Source: a virus
IMG/VR virus record: IMGVR_UViG_3300045256_000188
Coordinates: 1 to 64,000 of that record
Length of the DNA stretch: 64,000 nt
Direction: 5' to 3' (one strand)
In this document: in pieces, positions 50,901 through 58,450 of the stretch
Layout of the letters: each line of letters begins with the position of its first letter
Numbering within the stretch: the first letter of the stretch is position 1
Notes under the pieces: generated by a model
What the model saw: only the letters and a program-made list of their open reading frames with translations
Told to the model about the DNA's origin: nothing
Databases searched by the model: none
Translations under genes and position numbers: made by a program

Positions 50901-53857
50901 ATGTCCACCGAATCGAGGGTCTGGCCGATCTTCCGGTCCAGGTGGGCTCGAATGAGGACGTGCAGTTCGATCAGGATACTAGGGCCGCTGGCCTTGCCGC
51001 CAAAGCCCTTGATGTCCGACCCTTCCTTTCGAATCTGGGAATAGTCGAACTCGACGATGCCTTCCTTGTAGGCCACGGTGTAGGAGCGGATCAGGTGGCG
51101 TACCGAGTCAACCCAGCCCTCGCGGGAGTCTGGGATGACAAACGGCCGAATGATGCTTGGATTGGGCTGGTAGATGTTGATCTTGCCAGCACCCTTGGTA
51201 TCAAACCCGACGCCCACGCCGAGCATCGACATGTCCATGAGGAAGCAGAACGGCTCAGCCGGGTCTGACTCCGACAGATCGGAGGTCGAGACGAAGCCGC
51301 AGTTCCGGGAATGGATACCGTCAGCGAGAGCAAATGAGTGGTAATCTGGAACCTGTGGGCAGAAGACTTCTTCGTACCGGTCGGTTGGCTCCACTGACTT
51401 GACGCGCCAGTGATATACAGGCCGCGTCCGGTGACTGGACCAGGACTCGAATCGACGGCGATGTTCTTTCAGCAAGAAGAACTCAGGCCGTAAATGAGAC
51501 CCCATAAGCCCAATCTCATAACTGTCGAAGGTCTTAACTTCCCCATCATGCTTGACAACTTGATGGCTCTTGATGATAGAATATGTGCCAATACCAAGAA
51601 CGGCACACACGTCACGCACGACTAGAAGATTGGACTTCTTACTGCTGCTAATCCTGATACAGTTGCCTTTCTTGTTGATCTTCCCGTCAGCAGCGAAGTA
51701 ACCGGCGAGCCAGCCATAGAGATAACTGCTCGACTCACGCAGAGACGGTGGTTCTTTGAAGAATCGCGGAAGATCCGCGACTCGCACCGCCCCACCCTCA
51801 CACTTGTCGGGATGATCGGTAGTCGGGCAAGAGTTGAAGTACTTGAGCAGTTCCCTATCCTTGTGGCCACACAGATAAATAGATGCTCCGCTGTGACCAG
51901 CTGCCGGGGTATTGCCGTCACCATACGTGATCCCGTGGGCGATGCCAAAGTTACTTGGCCGAAGTTCACCACCGATGCCACGTCCAAACAGGTATCGCAG
52001 GCAATCAACGCCGGGTTTGAGGTCCTTAGTAGTGCAGATGCGATAAGGAGCCGTTCTCCGCCTCTTGGCTGTGATGACAGCCACACTCACACCATCGGAC
52101 TGACTGGCATGGTTTGCCGGTGCGAACCGGCGATCACGTGCGTACCACTCATGATCAGCGGTAGCGTAGATGATCTTCTCTGAACCAGAACGCTCAAGAG
52201 TGATTTTCCATAGTTGTTGCACCCCAAACGATTTGATAGGTGCTTCAACCCAGCGTCCACCCTCGGTCAGTAGCGTCTGGACGGTGCCAGCCAATTCACC
52301 TATGGGCTTGATGCCGTCGCGAGTAACAATCTCCTCTTCGGCCGGGAGACAGTTCCCGGTCAAGATGTTGTCTTCGAGGACGAAACATCCCTTGCCAGGA
52401 ACTGTGGCACAATATACTTCCTCTTCCCGATCAGTTTCTTCGACCGATTCCACGATCCATTTTTCGCGATGGCTACCGCCGCGTTCCTTCCAGGCCAGGA
52501 ATCGCTGGCGGTGATGAGACAGCAGGAAGAAGTCTTCGGTCAGGTGCTCCAATTTCAGGTACACCCGGTATCCAACGAATTCGCGGCGGTCACCGCGGTG
52601 GTTCACCACATGCATGCCCTGTTGTACTAGACCGGTGCCGATACCGAGAACAGCACAGACCTCACGTACCAGTTCCATGTTCTCCTGTTTCGAGGAATGG
52701 ATAAACGCCGTACATGCCTTCTTATTGATAGAGCCGTCAGCAGCGAAATATCCGGCCAGCCAACCGTACAAGTACGCCTTACACTCACGCAGATCCGGCG
52801 GCGACTTATAGTGGCGTGGCAGATCAGCCACCCGGATCGCGCCCTCCTTGCCCTTGCGTGGGTCGAAACTCGTCGGCGATTTCGAGAAGAACTCTAGTAA
52901 TTCAAAGTTCTTCTTGCCGCAGAGATAGAGATAGCTGCCGGTGCTCTTATCCTTGTGACCGAGCGTCCCATCGCCAAAGCAGATGCCATGGGCGATGCCG
53001 AACTGCGACGGTCGAACGCTCTGAACGCCTTGCCCATAGACCATCTGAAGCTCGTGCCCGATCTCCAGATTGCGTGTAAGCGTTTCCTGGAACGGCCCCT
53101 TACGCCGGATGTGACGAAGCCGTTCGTCCCGGTCCACTCCGGCCGGGATTCGATTCAGTGCTGGTCTAGCGAACCAGCGGTGATCAGGGGTGGCGTAGAT
53201 GACCTTGCGAGTCCTGAACCGCTTCAGGACTATTTTCATCAGTTTCTGTCTGCCGAAACTGCGGATTGGTGCATCTACCCACTCACCGTTGCTAGTCATC
53301 AACATCTGAGTGGTACCGGCCAGCTCCCCAATGGGCTTGATCCCATCTCTGGTGATGATCCGTGTGTTGAATTCCAGACAGTTGTTCAAGGCGGCGGAGC
53401 CCCGTTCCCACATGAACTTGGTGCCCATCATCCAGAGCCCGCGGCCCGGCGGCAGGAACTTGAAGTCCCACATCCGCTGAAACATCTCCTGGGCACTGGC
53501 CTGGGCTTTTTCAGCGGTCCAGGGGATGTGCAGGTGATTGCAGTGTCGCCGCTGGATCTCGTAGCAGCCTTCAACGACCCGCTGGACGACGTCGAGGAAC
53601 GTCTCCTTGCTGCCGTCCTCCTTGAGGCGGGAGTAGGTGCGGTAGAAGACGAATTCACCGAGTCCGCTGAAGCCGAATTTGGGCTTCTTCCCCTTGTACC
53701 CCTTGAGGAATGCCGGATCGAGGGTGAAATGAGCTTCTCCCTGTCCGCCGCCGAGATACTTCTCGGCGATGTTATAGATCTCGGCTTGCGGAGACAGGGG
53801 GATAGCGGGGCCATTCCCCACGGCCGCTGGCCGCAGGTTCAAGAGGATAACAGACAC
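44936..53857 (-). CDS. nrdJ: Class II (adenosylcobalamin) ribonucleotide reductase, RTPR-type, with six inteins
   Basis: RTYSR, PPGRGLW, LNN|CGF, GVGVGFD, VAGNVRR|TA, RWASNNS, NGEPG, GANP|CMEQSLESYEL|CNLVE, NRRIGLS, VKPSG|TVS, C-terminal FCDNDKC; start set at GTG behind GGAGAG. Confidence 0.93.
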   Translation of the reverse strand: MSVILLNLRPAAVGNGPAIPLSPQAEIYNIAEKYLGGGQGEAHFTLDPAFLKGYKGKKPKFGFSGLGEFVFYRTYSRLKEDGSKETFLDVVQRVVEGCYEIQRRHCNHLHIPWTAEKAQASAQEMFQRMWDFKFLPPGRGLWMMGTKFMWERGSAALNNCLEFNTRIITRDGIKPIGELAGTTQMLMTSNGEWVDAPIRSFGRQKLMKIVLKRFRTRKVIYATPDHRWFARPALNRIPAGVDRDERLRHIRRKGPFQETLTRNLEIGHELQMVYGQGVQSVRPSQFGIAHGICFGDGTLGHKDKSTGSYLYLCGKKNFELLEFFSKSPTSFDPRKGKEGAIRVADLPRHYKSPPDLRECKAYLYGWLAGYFAADGSINKKACTAFIHSSKQENMELVREVCAVLGIGTGLVQQGMHVVNHRGDRREFVGYRVYLKLEHLTEDFFLLSHHRQRFLAWKERGGSHREKWIVESVEETDREEEVYCATVPGKGCFVLEDNILTGNCLPAEEEIVTRDGIKPIGELAGTVQTLLTEGGRWVEAPIKSFGVQQLWKITLERSGSEKIIYATADHEWYARDRRFAPANHASQSDGVSVAVITAKRRRTAPYRICTTKDLKPGVDCLRYLFGRGIGGELRPSNFGIAHGITYGDGNTPAAGHSGASIYLCGHKDRELLKYFNSCPTTDHPDKCEGGAVRVADLPRFFKEPPSLRESSSYLYGWLAGYFAADGKINKKGNCIRISSSKKSNLLVVRDVCAVLGIGTYSIIKSHQVVKHDGEVKTFDSYEIGLMGSHLRPEFFLLKEHRRRFESWSSHRTRPVYHWRVKSVEPTDRYEEVFCPQVPDYHSFALADGIHSRNCGFVSTSDLSESDPAEPFCFLMDMSMLGVGVGFDTKGAGKINIYQPNPSIIRPFVIPDSREGWVDSVRHLIRSYTVAYKEGIVEFDYSQIRKEGSDIKGFGGKASGPSILIELHVLIRAHLDRKIGQTLDSVDITDLMNYIGRCVVAGNVRRCLPKGTLVHLKRGLVPIEQVQVGDLVLTADGYYPVAENVAQGVQRVVTINSLMGPFRCTDRHRIAVMSGLDQYEWKRAHELRAGDRMVFVDAVIPGTDTVLPGYSDLSGRGSTLIVPGLTTDVAWFLGAVHGGGYVYPGRAHKGRKYHGASVTIPVNRDEYHDGITAKVNAGFAAFGFDAPGEQRSQDNCRKIRVISKRLAHYLYTHVKQARKPLDVPACIRMGIPEIRSAYLAGLLDSDGSTKNRPTTLVTSVYRDFLRQVQAVYSSLGIPTKLRLRKKADAAGQAKWEISLLGEYAIAGFRQHVQPHAVKQLREMGRASGHDFGYPTEMVSKSVMYADYGRTWTPQQEQMTYSSATTLGLKTKGLIPVAVTSVVDEGVTVETYDLSVPDRSEFVAEGRLVHNTAEIAFGDADDEAYCSMKNPTKTLLPQDMDAWFEVTGKIYAAKRNSATKDDFAGKDIPDERLLPAIQTWNALNHHRWASNNSIFAKLGMDYRPVGQQIGVNGEPGIIWLNNVRDYGRMVDGLKPGVDGRVMGANPCFAGAMRLLTENGYRTMRELWVSGGFQEYSGQPSVDKHGTLRVVNHAGVVTATNVYRTSERAEIFRVMLSNGQYIDATADHVFVVLDDDMVEHRVRLCELVPGHRLPLHFVPAFGQFSDPHYAELAGWVIGDGSLSQQRDGQVTAFVACHQDDIEEVLPVLRRNLLDVYHRHNQSSDQSPDFDGSERRQEHFSHRQKSIRSNVLGRLLNSDGVVPGDKHRVPTSIWGGTRETVAAFLRGFFSADGGVQISNYKLSISIRAGQKSKSFLNECQLLLRQFGINSSVLRRQAVTTRLMNDGNGGHELIISGRTNVQLFMNQIGFIQASKTEKATSWLADHHGSRNSLPKLFAMVMSVERVGEEETFCLTEPGHNKVVVNGIIIGQCMEQSLESYELCVSGDTKLQLRDGIRRIDAVVGKIVEVWNGDSWSKVTPRVTGSDRELYRVHFSDGSYLDATGNHGWSVRPVGKRVYRRVGTLQLQPGDRVLGFSLGRVAGNKVSNAFEMGYATGDGDLVNRPRYTRPMAVACGQKAKLKTLDMGGRWYKPQNKDGYGDPYNRINLRDCMTSDQLRELRDKNAGLPAWVMAFDRESILEFIAGWIESDGCVCKQANTHSYRIYGLEAKIRDAQLLLRRAGINHASVNFYHPAGQVTNKGVRQNDLWYIQIPSFECGEIPTRVKRATKIGSRIKPNPRYSNRGIDVAQKQYVVAVEKLPGLHTTYCFDEPDNHMGVFGNVITYQCNLVETFPSNHDDANDYMRTLKFAYLYAKTVTLLPTHNRRTNQVTLRNRRIGLSQSGIVEAFAKFGRRTVLKDFCDAGYNEIRRWDQIYSEWMCVPKSIKVTSVKPSGCRPWHALTTTSAGLLTLEELFEMSGHQDGERWCDMTKEVIAVQGDGIDSSRSMMAGVATAIGDRITKTYDNGLSDVVKVKLNYNFMLESTPNHQWFVVSRYDRGKKRKLSQVNDWKRADELLPGDIVQLTPGIYSCRNHAALCKLSSRHVSMRGPVAAIEQPTHMNPDLAWLLGYMWGDGSQSFLKFRMRYTDQNLSNLHKAQRVILEQFGVETKITRASQGRDAFVLEVGSKLLWHWLLINDCLKIKSNADLIPKCIRSSSYEDILAFLAGLCDSDGCIGRRASDQYPIISMSGDLFARHVQDVALAVGLVFSRSLNAKGRNHQGVRRMWSLSGMKHTVDDRFALFAKHCNKCVEDAVADLPWTHQVGKKNRLFGKVVAVTQGERQRTYDVEVDNSHWYYAGAVKSHNTVSLVVGVSPGIHHPEAGTYWRLVRVAKDSVLVKILREAGFKVEPVLSDPDRTVVVYFGVKGESGVRPVGEVSIWEQMQNAVDYQRYWADNQVSCTVKFKPHEAADIARVLEAFEDQLKGISFLPHVDHGYAQAPYIPCEAAEVEEYNSKLGNADYSEYLYEAVGSQFCDNDKCAMPT
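45473..46699 (-). mobile_element. RNR intein 6 (LAGLIDADG)
   Basis: G|CRPWHA..TPNH..TYDVEV..KSHN|T. Confidence 0.9.
47024..48049 (-). mobile_element. RNR intein 5 (LAGLIDADG, C-terminal Gln)
   Basis: L|CVSGDT..TGNH..TYCFDEP..VITYQ|C. Confidence 0.88.
48083..49228 (-). mobile_element. RNR intein 4 (LAGLIDADG, C-terminal Gln)
   Basis: P|CFAGAM..TADH..TFCLTEP..IIIGQ|C. Confidence 0.88.
49634..50845 (-). mobile_element. RNR intein 3 (LAGLIDADG)
   Basis: R|CLPKGT..TDRH..LAGLLDSDG..TYDLSV..LVHN|T. Confidence 0.9.
51302..52351 (-). mobile_element. RNR intein 2 (LAGLIDADG; paralogue of intein 1)
   Basis: CLPAEE..TADHEW..VFCPQV..GIHSRN|CGF. Confidence 0.9.
52352..53380 (-). mobile_element. RNR intein 1 (LAGLIDADG; tandem with intein 2)
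   Basis: N|CLEFNT..TPDHRW..VYCATV..NILTGN|C. Confidence 0.9.
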
Positions 53858-54510
53858 GGTTCTCTCCAGTCTTGCTCGAAGATGTCGCGGGCTTGGTTGA
53901 GGTTTCCCTGATCCTTCAGGAATTCCTGCCACAGGATGTACAATTCGGTCTGCCTGGGTAACAATCCCCGTTCGTCTGGGTAGTCGCGGTTGAGTCGAGC
54001 CAGAACTTTGGAGCAGGACCGCGACAGTGCGAGATAGAGCGGTGTGATACGGGACGCCTGGAACCACATAGTCAGGTTACAAAACCCGTCAGGGTCTGCC
54101 CGACTTGATAGCACTTCCACGGCGTTGCCATCGCCAATTTTCTTGCTGAGCCAGGACTTGATGTGCCGGAGGGAATCGGTCGTTCGCGTGTTGTTGTTGG
54201 ACTCTTCTTGCAGTTCCTCGTAGCACAGATCCAGCATGTTGTGCTGGTGCAGTACTGCGAGTCCCTTGTTCAGCAGTCCCTTCTCTTTCGCGAGCCGCAC
54301 GGCGATGTCGATGAACTTCTTCGCCGCTTCATCCGGTAGTTCCCACTCCTCAAACTTTTTAGCGATGGCCGTCGCATACCGCCACTGGTAAGTCTTGGAC
54401 GGGTCCGTACCGGCCGGGAGGCTCAGCCTACGGCCTTGCCGTAGATAGGCTTCTGAGCACCAGGACCAGACGTCGAGCACCCGGTTGTCGTCCACTTGCG
54501 ACCTCTTCAT
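53839..54510 (-). CDS. Hypothetical protein
   Basis: Protein-like composition from MKRSQVDD; overlaps the RNR start. Confidence 0.65.
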   Translation of the reverse strand: MKRSQVDDNRVLDVWSWCSEAYLRQGRRLSLPAGTDPSKTYQWRYATAIAKKFEEWELPDEAAKKFIDIAVRLAKEKGLLNKGLAVLHQHNMLDLCYEELQEESNNNTRTTDSLRHIKSWLSKKIGDGNAVEVLSSRADPDGFCNLTMWFQASRITPLYLALSRSCSKVLARLNRDYPDERGLLPRQTELYILWQEFLKDQGNLNQARDIFEQDWREPCLLSS

Positions 54511-54535
54511 GCGGATGTCAATACAAGGAGCTTCG

Positions 54536-54913
54536 ATGACTGACAAGCCCGCACTCCCAGACAAGCAGAAGGCCAAGAATGCACCAGATGTGGCCACCAC
54601 TATCGATGCCCCAGCAGTGGCCCAAAACGGGGTTGGCGAGGGTGCTTCCGACCCTCGCCAGGACAGTTTTGACGCTCGATTCGCGAAGCTAACCAATGGA
54701 TTTGGTCAAGCCTGCGAACAGGAGGGTGTCGAAATCGCGATAGCTATCGCCATCCACCCGGAAGAGAAGCACCCCATCATATTCATGCGGGGCCACCAAT
54801 ACGACGTCGGGGTGCTCTTAGCAGACGTGCTTCGGCAGTTCTCACGACGGCTGATCGGGCCTCTCAACGCCAACCCGAACTACGAGCCAGAAGAAGACGA
54901 GAACGACGAATGA
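54536..54913 (+). CDS. Hypothetical protein
   Basis: AAGGAG RBS before MTDKPAL; acidic tail. Confidence 0.6.
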   Translation: MTDKPALPDKQKAKNAPDVATTIDAPAVAQNGVGEGASDPRQDSFDARFAKLTNGFGQACEQEGVEIAIAIAIHPEEKHPIIFMRGHQYDVGVLLADVLRQFSRRLIGPLNANPNYEPEEDENDE

Positions 54914-55646
54914 GATAGTAGGGCGTCCCGGATCTCGGTGTAGACCTGCCGAGCCGCCGTTTCTCGCGTATACCCGTCCGGCGGATTGGTGATCGGCCGA
55001 CCCACCACGATCATGTCGGCCCCGGCCTTCATCGCCTCCGCCGGGGTCATTACCCACTTCTGGTCATTTGCTGCCGCCCACTCAGGGCGGATACCGGGAG
55101 TGATCTTCTTGAACTTGTCGAACAGCCCCTCTTGCTTGAGGTGCTCCAGGTCTTTTGACGAACAGATCAGAGCCTCGATACCCGCTTCATGAGCCCGCCG
55201 AACCAGCAGACCGACCCCACTGCATCTGCGTCCGACCGGCCGTGCATATCGAAACCGAGCGATGACAAATCTTGAGCGTCCATCGAGGTAAGCACCGTCA
55301 CCGCTGCCACCGTCATGGCCTTTCCTGCCGCTTCCTTGGCCTTCCGCATTGCCTCGACGCCCGCCGTGGCGTGCATGTTAATGAGATCAACGGAAAGGCC
55401 ACGGAACACACGAACGGCCCGTTCCACAGTGGTTGGGGTGTCATTCAGTTTAATGTCGTAGAAGACCTTCCCGCCATACTGCTTGATCCAGCCGATCACC
55501 TTGGCCGCTTCCTGGCTGGCGATCAGTTCCAGACCCACCTTGTACCAACCCACGTGTTGGTGAGTCTATTCGATCACCAGCAGAGCACTGGAAACATCAG
55601 GTACGTCCAGAGCCACGATGATCCGGTCCGCGATCGCGTCAGCCAT
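54880..55646 (-). pseudogene. pyrF: Orotidine-5'-phosphate decarboxylase, disrupted
   Basis: IIVALD..E*(TAG)..YKVGLEL..FYDIKLNDTPTTV..VTVLTS; frameshift near 55200; then TPGIRP..DQ..VMTP..GADMIVVGRPIT. Confidence 0.85.
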
Positions 55647-55649
55647 CCG

Positions 55650-56051
55650 TCACCTCGGATTTGAGAGAAGTGCCATGATATCTACTTTGGTGGTTGCATC
55701 CACCTGTTCATAGCACTTACTCAACACGCGGAACAAAGGCGTAGACGAATCGATCTCCCACCGGTATACGGTGATCATGAACTCCTTACCACTCGACATG
55801 TTCAAGCAGATCGGAACCAGAGCCCGCATGCTGGCACCCTTCAAGTTCTCCATCAAAAACTTGATGAAAACATCAGTCTTGGGATCGTCGTCATCAATGT
55901 AAGTGCGGAGGGACCCTTCAATACCGCGGAGAACCTGATCCCAACTGAAACAGGGATAGACACAATCAGCATCCTGGTGATACACCAGGGCCCACAGAAC
56001 AATCACTTGACCTTTAAGGTCGGGAGAGATGTCAGTCTGTTGAGTAGGCAT
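55650..56051 (-). CDS. Hypothetical protein
   Basis: 133-aa co-oriented ORF. Confidence 0.55.
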   Translation of the reverse strand: MPTQQTDISPDLKGQVIVLWALVYHQDADCVYPCFSWDQVLRGIEGSLRTYIDDDDPKTDVFIKFLMENLKGASMRALVPICLNMSSGKEFMITVYRWEIDSSTPLFRVLSKCYEQVDATTKVDIMALLSNPR

Positions 56052-56428
56052 TCAGGTAGCTCGCCTAACCTAGAGACGTCAAGTTTGCCGCCCTCGACCA
56101 GTCGGACGATATCGTCCCGCCGCACCTGCCCACCCCTGTCCGAGAAGTATTCCTCGAACATGGCCCCCGACTTATGCACAATAAACATGTGCGGCACTAG
56201 CGAGGCTACGTCATAAGTATTTCCAGGCCCCAGGTGCGTCCGTATTACAAATGGCCCGAAAAACTCAACGATCTCTACCAACCCAGAAGTGACCGTGAAC
56301 CTATTGGCCCGATGGCGATGGAAATGCATCGAACAATACCCTCCCGCCACGATCTCCAACTCATGGCAGGAGTAGAACGGACTATCGACAAGCTCCTTGG
56401 TCCGACCCCAGACCTTATCCACCCACAT
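56003..56428 (-). CDS. Cupin-domain protein (sugar isomerase-like)
   Basis: VDKVWG, CSMHFH..F.V.SG, PHMF, DDIVR. Confidence 0.75.
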   Translation of the reverse strand: MWVDKVWGRTKELVDSPFYSCHELEIVAGGYCSMHFHRHRANRFTVTSGLVEIVEFFGPFVIRTHLGPGNTYDVASLVPHMFIVHKSGAMFEEYFSDRGGQVRRDDIVRLVEGGKLDVSRLGELPECLLNRLTSLPTLKVK

Positions 56429-58058
56429 GGTTGGCCCCTTGCCGGCCCGACTTGATACCGCCCGGCGGCGGATTCTTCTCGTAGTAGTAAGTGATCTTCC
56501 GGGAACCCATCACGATCAACTCGTTGAAACCGACACCTGACTTGTTAGTCGGGTCCGCTGGCTTCCCCGTCGGTAGGATGTTCCCAGCCGGCTGAAAAAC
56601 ATCCACATAGGCAATCCCGTCGATCCGCTTGATCGTCTCGATGAAGTTCGACAGGTAGAACGGCAGTCCCATCTCCCACTTCGTGATATCGAAGTAACTG
56701 GTGATCGCCGTCTCCACCCGTTCCTTCACCACGGAGGCGTCAGCGTTCCGGTTAACGATGACCGTCATCTCCACATCAACCGGCCGGATCGCCCCATCCA
56801 AGACAACCACATGGTCAGTCAGAACATTCAGGTCGTTGAAGTAGGTCACCAGACCCGCCTTCAGGCCCGCATTCGGGGCCACCGGCAGACCATCCGGCCC
56901 TTCAGCCAGAGCGTACATCTCGACCCGGTTGGCGTTCTTGCTCGTGCGGATTGTCGCCAGTGACTTCGAAATCGCCCCGAAGACCGGGTGGCTGAAGCTT
57001 GATGCCGCCTGTGCGTAGTCCTCGGCGGTCACAATCGACCGCTGCAAGGCGAAGTCACGGGGAGCCCGTTTCTTGGCTGCTTCCAAGCTCTCGCGGTCCG
57101 TACCACCAGCCGATGGCGAAATGTTCCGGAATCGCACGGAAGTAGCAGCGTTAGCTGGCGGCAGAGGCGTCACCTGCCGGGTCGTGTCAATCTGGCCCAC
57201 CCCGATCCGGCCACGAATACCACCACCGGCCCGGTAGCGGAATTGGATCAACGATCCGGACACCGGAGCTTGGCCGGTCACATCATCCCCGAACCGGAAC
57301 TTTACCTTGTCTTCGATGAAGATGACTTCTACCACCTTATCGGTCGGGCCGTATCGCTCGATCGGTTCGGTAATGACCTTCCATTCTTCGGTAGTGTTCC
57401 CGACCGTGACCGTGACAAAGATCGGCGATTCAAGGATGTTGGCATCCTGGACGGTATAAGTCTGGTTCCCACCACCGGCACTCGTCACCACCACAGGACC
57501 GGCAAACACCCCCTCCAAACCATAGGCGATGACGCCCCGCTTACCAGCGGGGATGACCACCTTGCTCTTCCAGTCCCCAGGTGCCCGGTAGACTTCATAG
57601 GTGACAGAGGAGCCATCCGGCCCGTTCACCGTGAAGCTAGTGCCCGGCTCAATCTCGATGTCGGTGAAAGTCGGCTGGTCCACGCTGACTTCAATATCAA
57701 CGACCGCTGGGGTCTGCCGCTTAATCCGTTGGTTGATGAGAGCAAGGTGGTTAACCACCGCTTCTTCAGTCTGGGACGTGGGTAAGGTGGCTTCATTGGC
57801 CAGGATGTCACCCCGCAGCGACAGTTTGCCGACGCCCGACGAGAAGATTTCAAGGAGCATCATCATACCGTTGGAGGCGATGAAGTCGTTGAAATCGTCG
57901 GGGAAGTAGGTCTTGATATACTCGATGCCGGCACGCCGAGCAGTGGTGAAGTCCAGCCCAGAAAAGTCCAACCGCCGCAAGTTGGGCGGCGGCAGAACAA
58001 CCCCGAACTCGTCTGGCGTGTTCGGCAGGTCGAATAGGGTCGAACGGCTATCAGCCAT
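56415..58058 (-). CDS. Baseplate wedge protein, T4 gp6-like
   Basis: LDF..YFPDDFNDF..S.GMMLLE, FGDDVTGQAP, YRAGGG..G, GG.DRESLE..K..AP..QR.IVTAEDY. Confidence 0.88.
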   Translation of the reverse strand: MADSRSTLFDLPNTPDEFGVVLPPPNLRRLDFSGLDFTTARRAGIEYIKTYFPDDFNDFIASNGMMMLLEIFSSGVGKLSLRGDILANEATLPTSQTEEAVVNHLALINQRIKRQTPAVVDIEVSVDQPTFTDIEIEPGTSFTVNGPDGSSVTYEVYRAPGDWKSKVVIPAGKRGVIAYGLEGVFAGPVVVTSAGGGNQTYTVQDANILESPIFVTVTVGNTTEEWKVITEPIERYGPTDKVVEVIFIEDKVKFRFGDDVTGQAPVSGSLIQFRYRAGGGIRGRIGVGQIDTTRQVTPLPPANAATSVRFRNISPSAGGTDRESLEAAKKRAPRDFALQRSIVTAEDYAQAASSFSHPVFGAISKSLATIRTSKNANRVEMYALAEGPDGLPVAPNAGLKAGLVTYFNDLNVLTDHVVVLDGAIRPVDVEMTVIVNRNADASVVKERVETAITSYFDITKWEMGLPFYLSNFIETIKRIDGIAYVDVFQPAGNILPTGKPADPTNKSGVGFNELIVMGSRKITYYYEKNPPPGGIKSGRQGANHVGG

Positions 58059-58450
58059 TACGTCCTCCCCGTCAGGAAGTGCTCGACGGTCAGGACCCGC
58101 TTGAGATCCTTCTTGAGCCGGACCACGACCTTGATGTTGATGCCATTACGTTCATCGTCCCGATCGATAGTCACCTCCTCGACGGTCACCCGCTTATCGG
58201 TCTCCGTGATGGCGTCGATAATCTGGCTACGCAGAATGTCGATGTCAGAGGACGTGGACTGCTCGAACACGAATGACCGAAGCGGCACCCCATACAGAGG
58301 CCGCATAACCCGCTCGCCCGGCACCGTCAGGAGTAGCTGCAGGATGTCGTTCTTGATGAGCCGATCGTCCTCCTGGCGAGACAGGACGTTCTGCGGCCCC
58401 CCCAAGAAGGGTGGGTTGAAGCCAAAGAATATAGCCTTTGATTTAGCCAT
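58058..58450 (-). CDS. Baseplate wedge subunit, gp25/GPW-like
   Basis: IKNDILQLLLTVPGERVMRPLYG. Confidence 0.9.
   Translation of the reverse strand: MAKSKAIFFGFNPPFLGGPQNVLSRQEDDRLIKNDILQLLLTVPGERVMRPLYGVPLRSFVFEQSTSSDIDILRSQIIDAITETDKRVTVEEVTIDRDDERNGINIKVVVRLKKDLKRVLTVEHFLTGRT

Noticed and set aside
51302-53380. Tandem RNR inteins as a collapsed or duplicated assembly error
   Set aside because: The copies are strongly diverged at DNA and protein level and join in frame precisely at N|C.
53858-54067. N-terminal extension of the 3043-aa RNR ORF
   Set aside because: Overlaps the upstream gene; a GTG with RBS at 53857 is the better start.
10810-55646. Genome-wide stop-codon recoding (TGA or TAG)
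   Set aside because: Core genes are fully open in code 11, TAG and TGA end many genes, and internal stops occur only in genes with other lesions.
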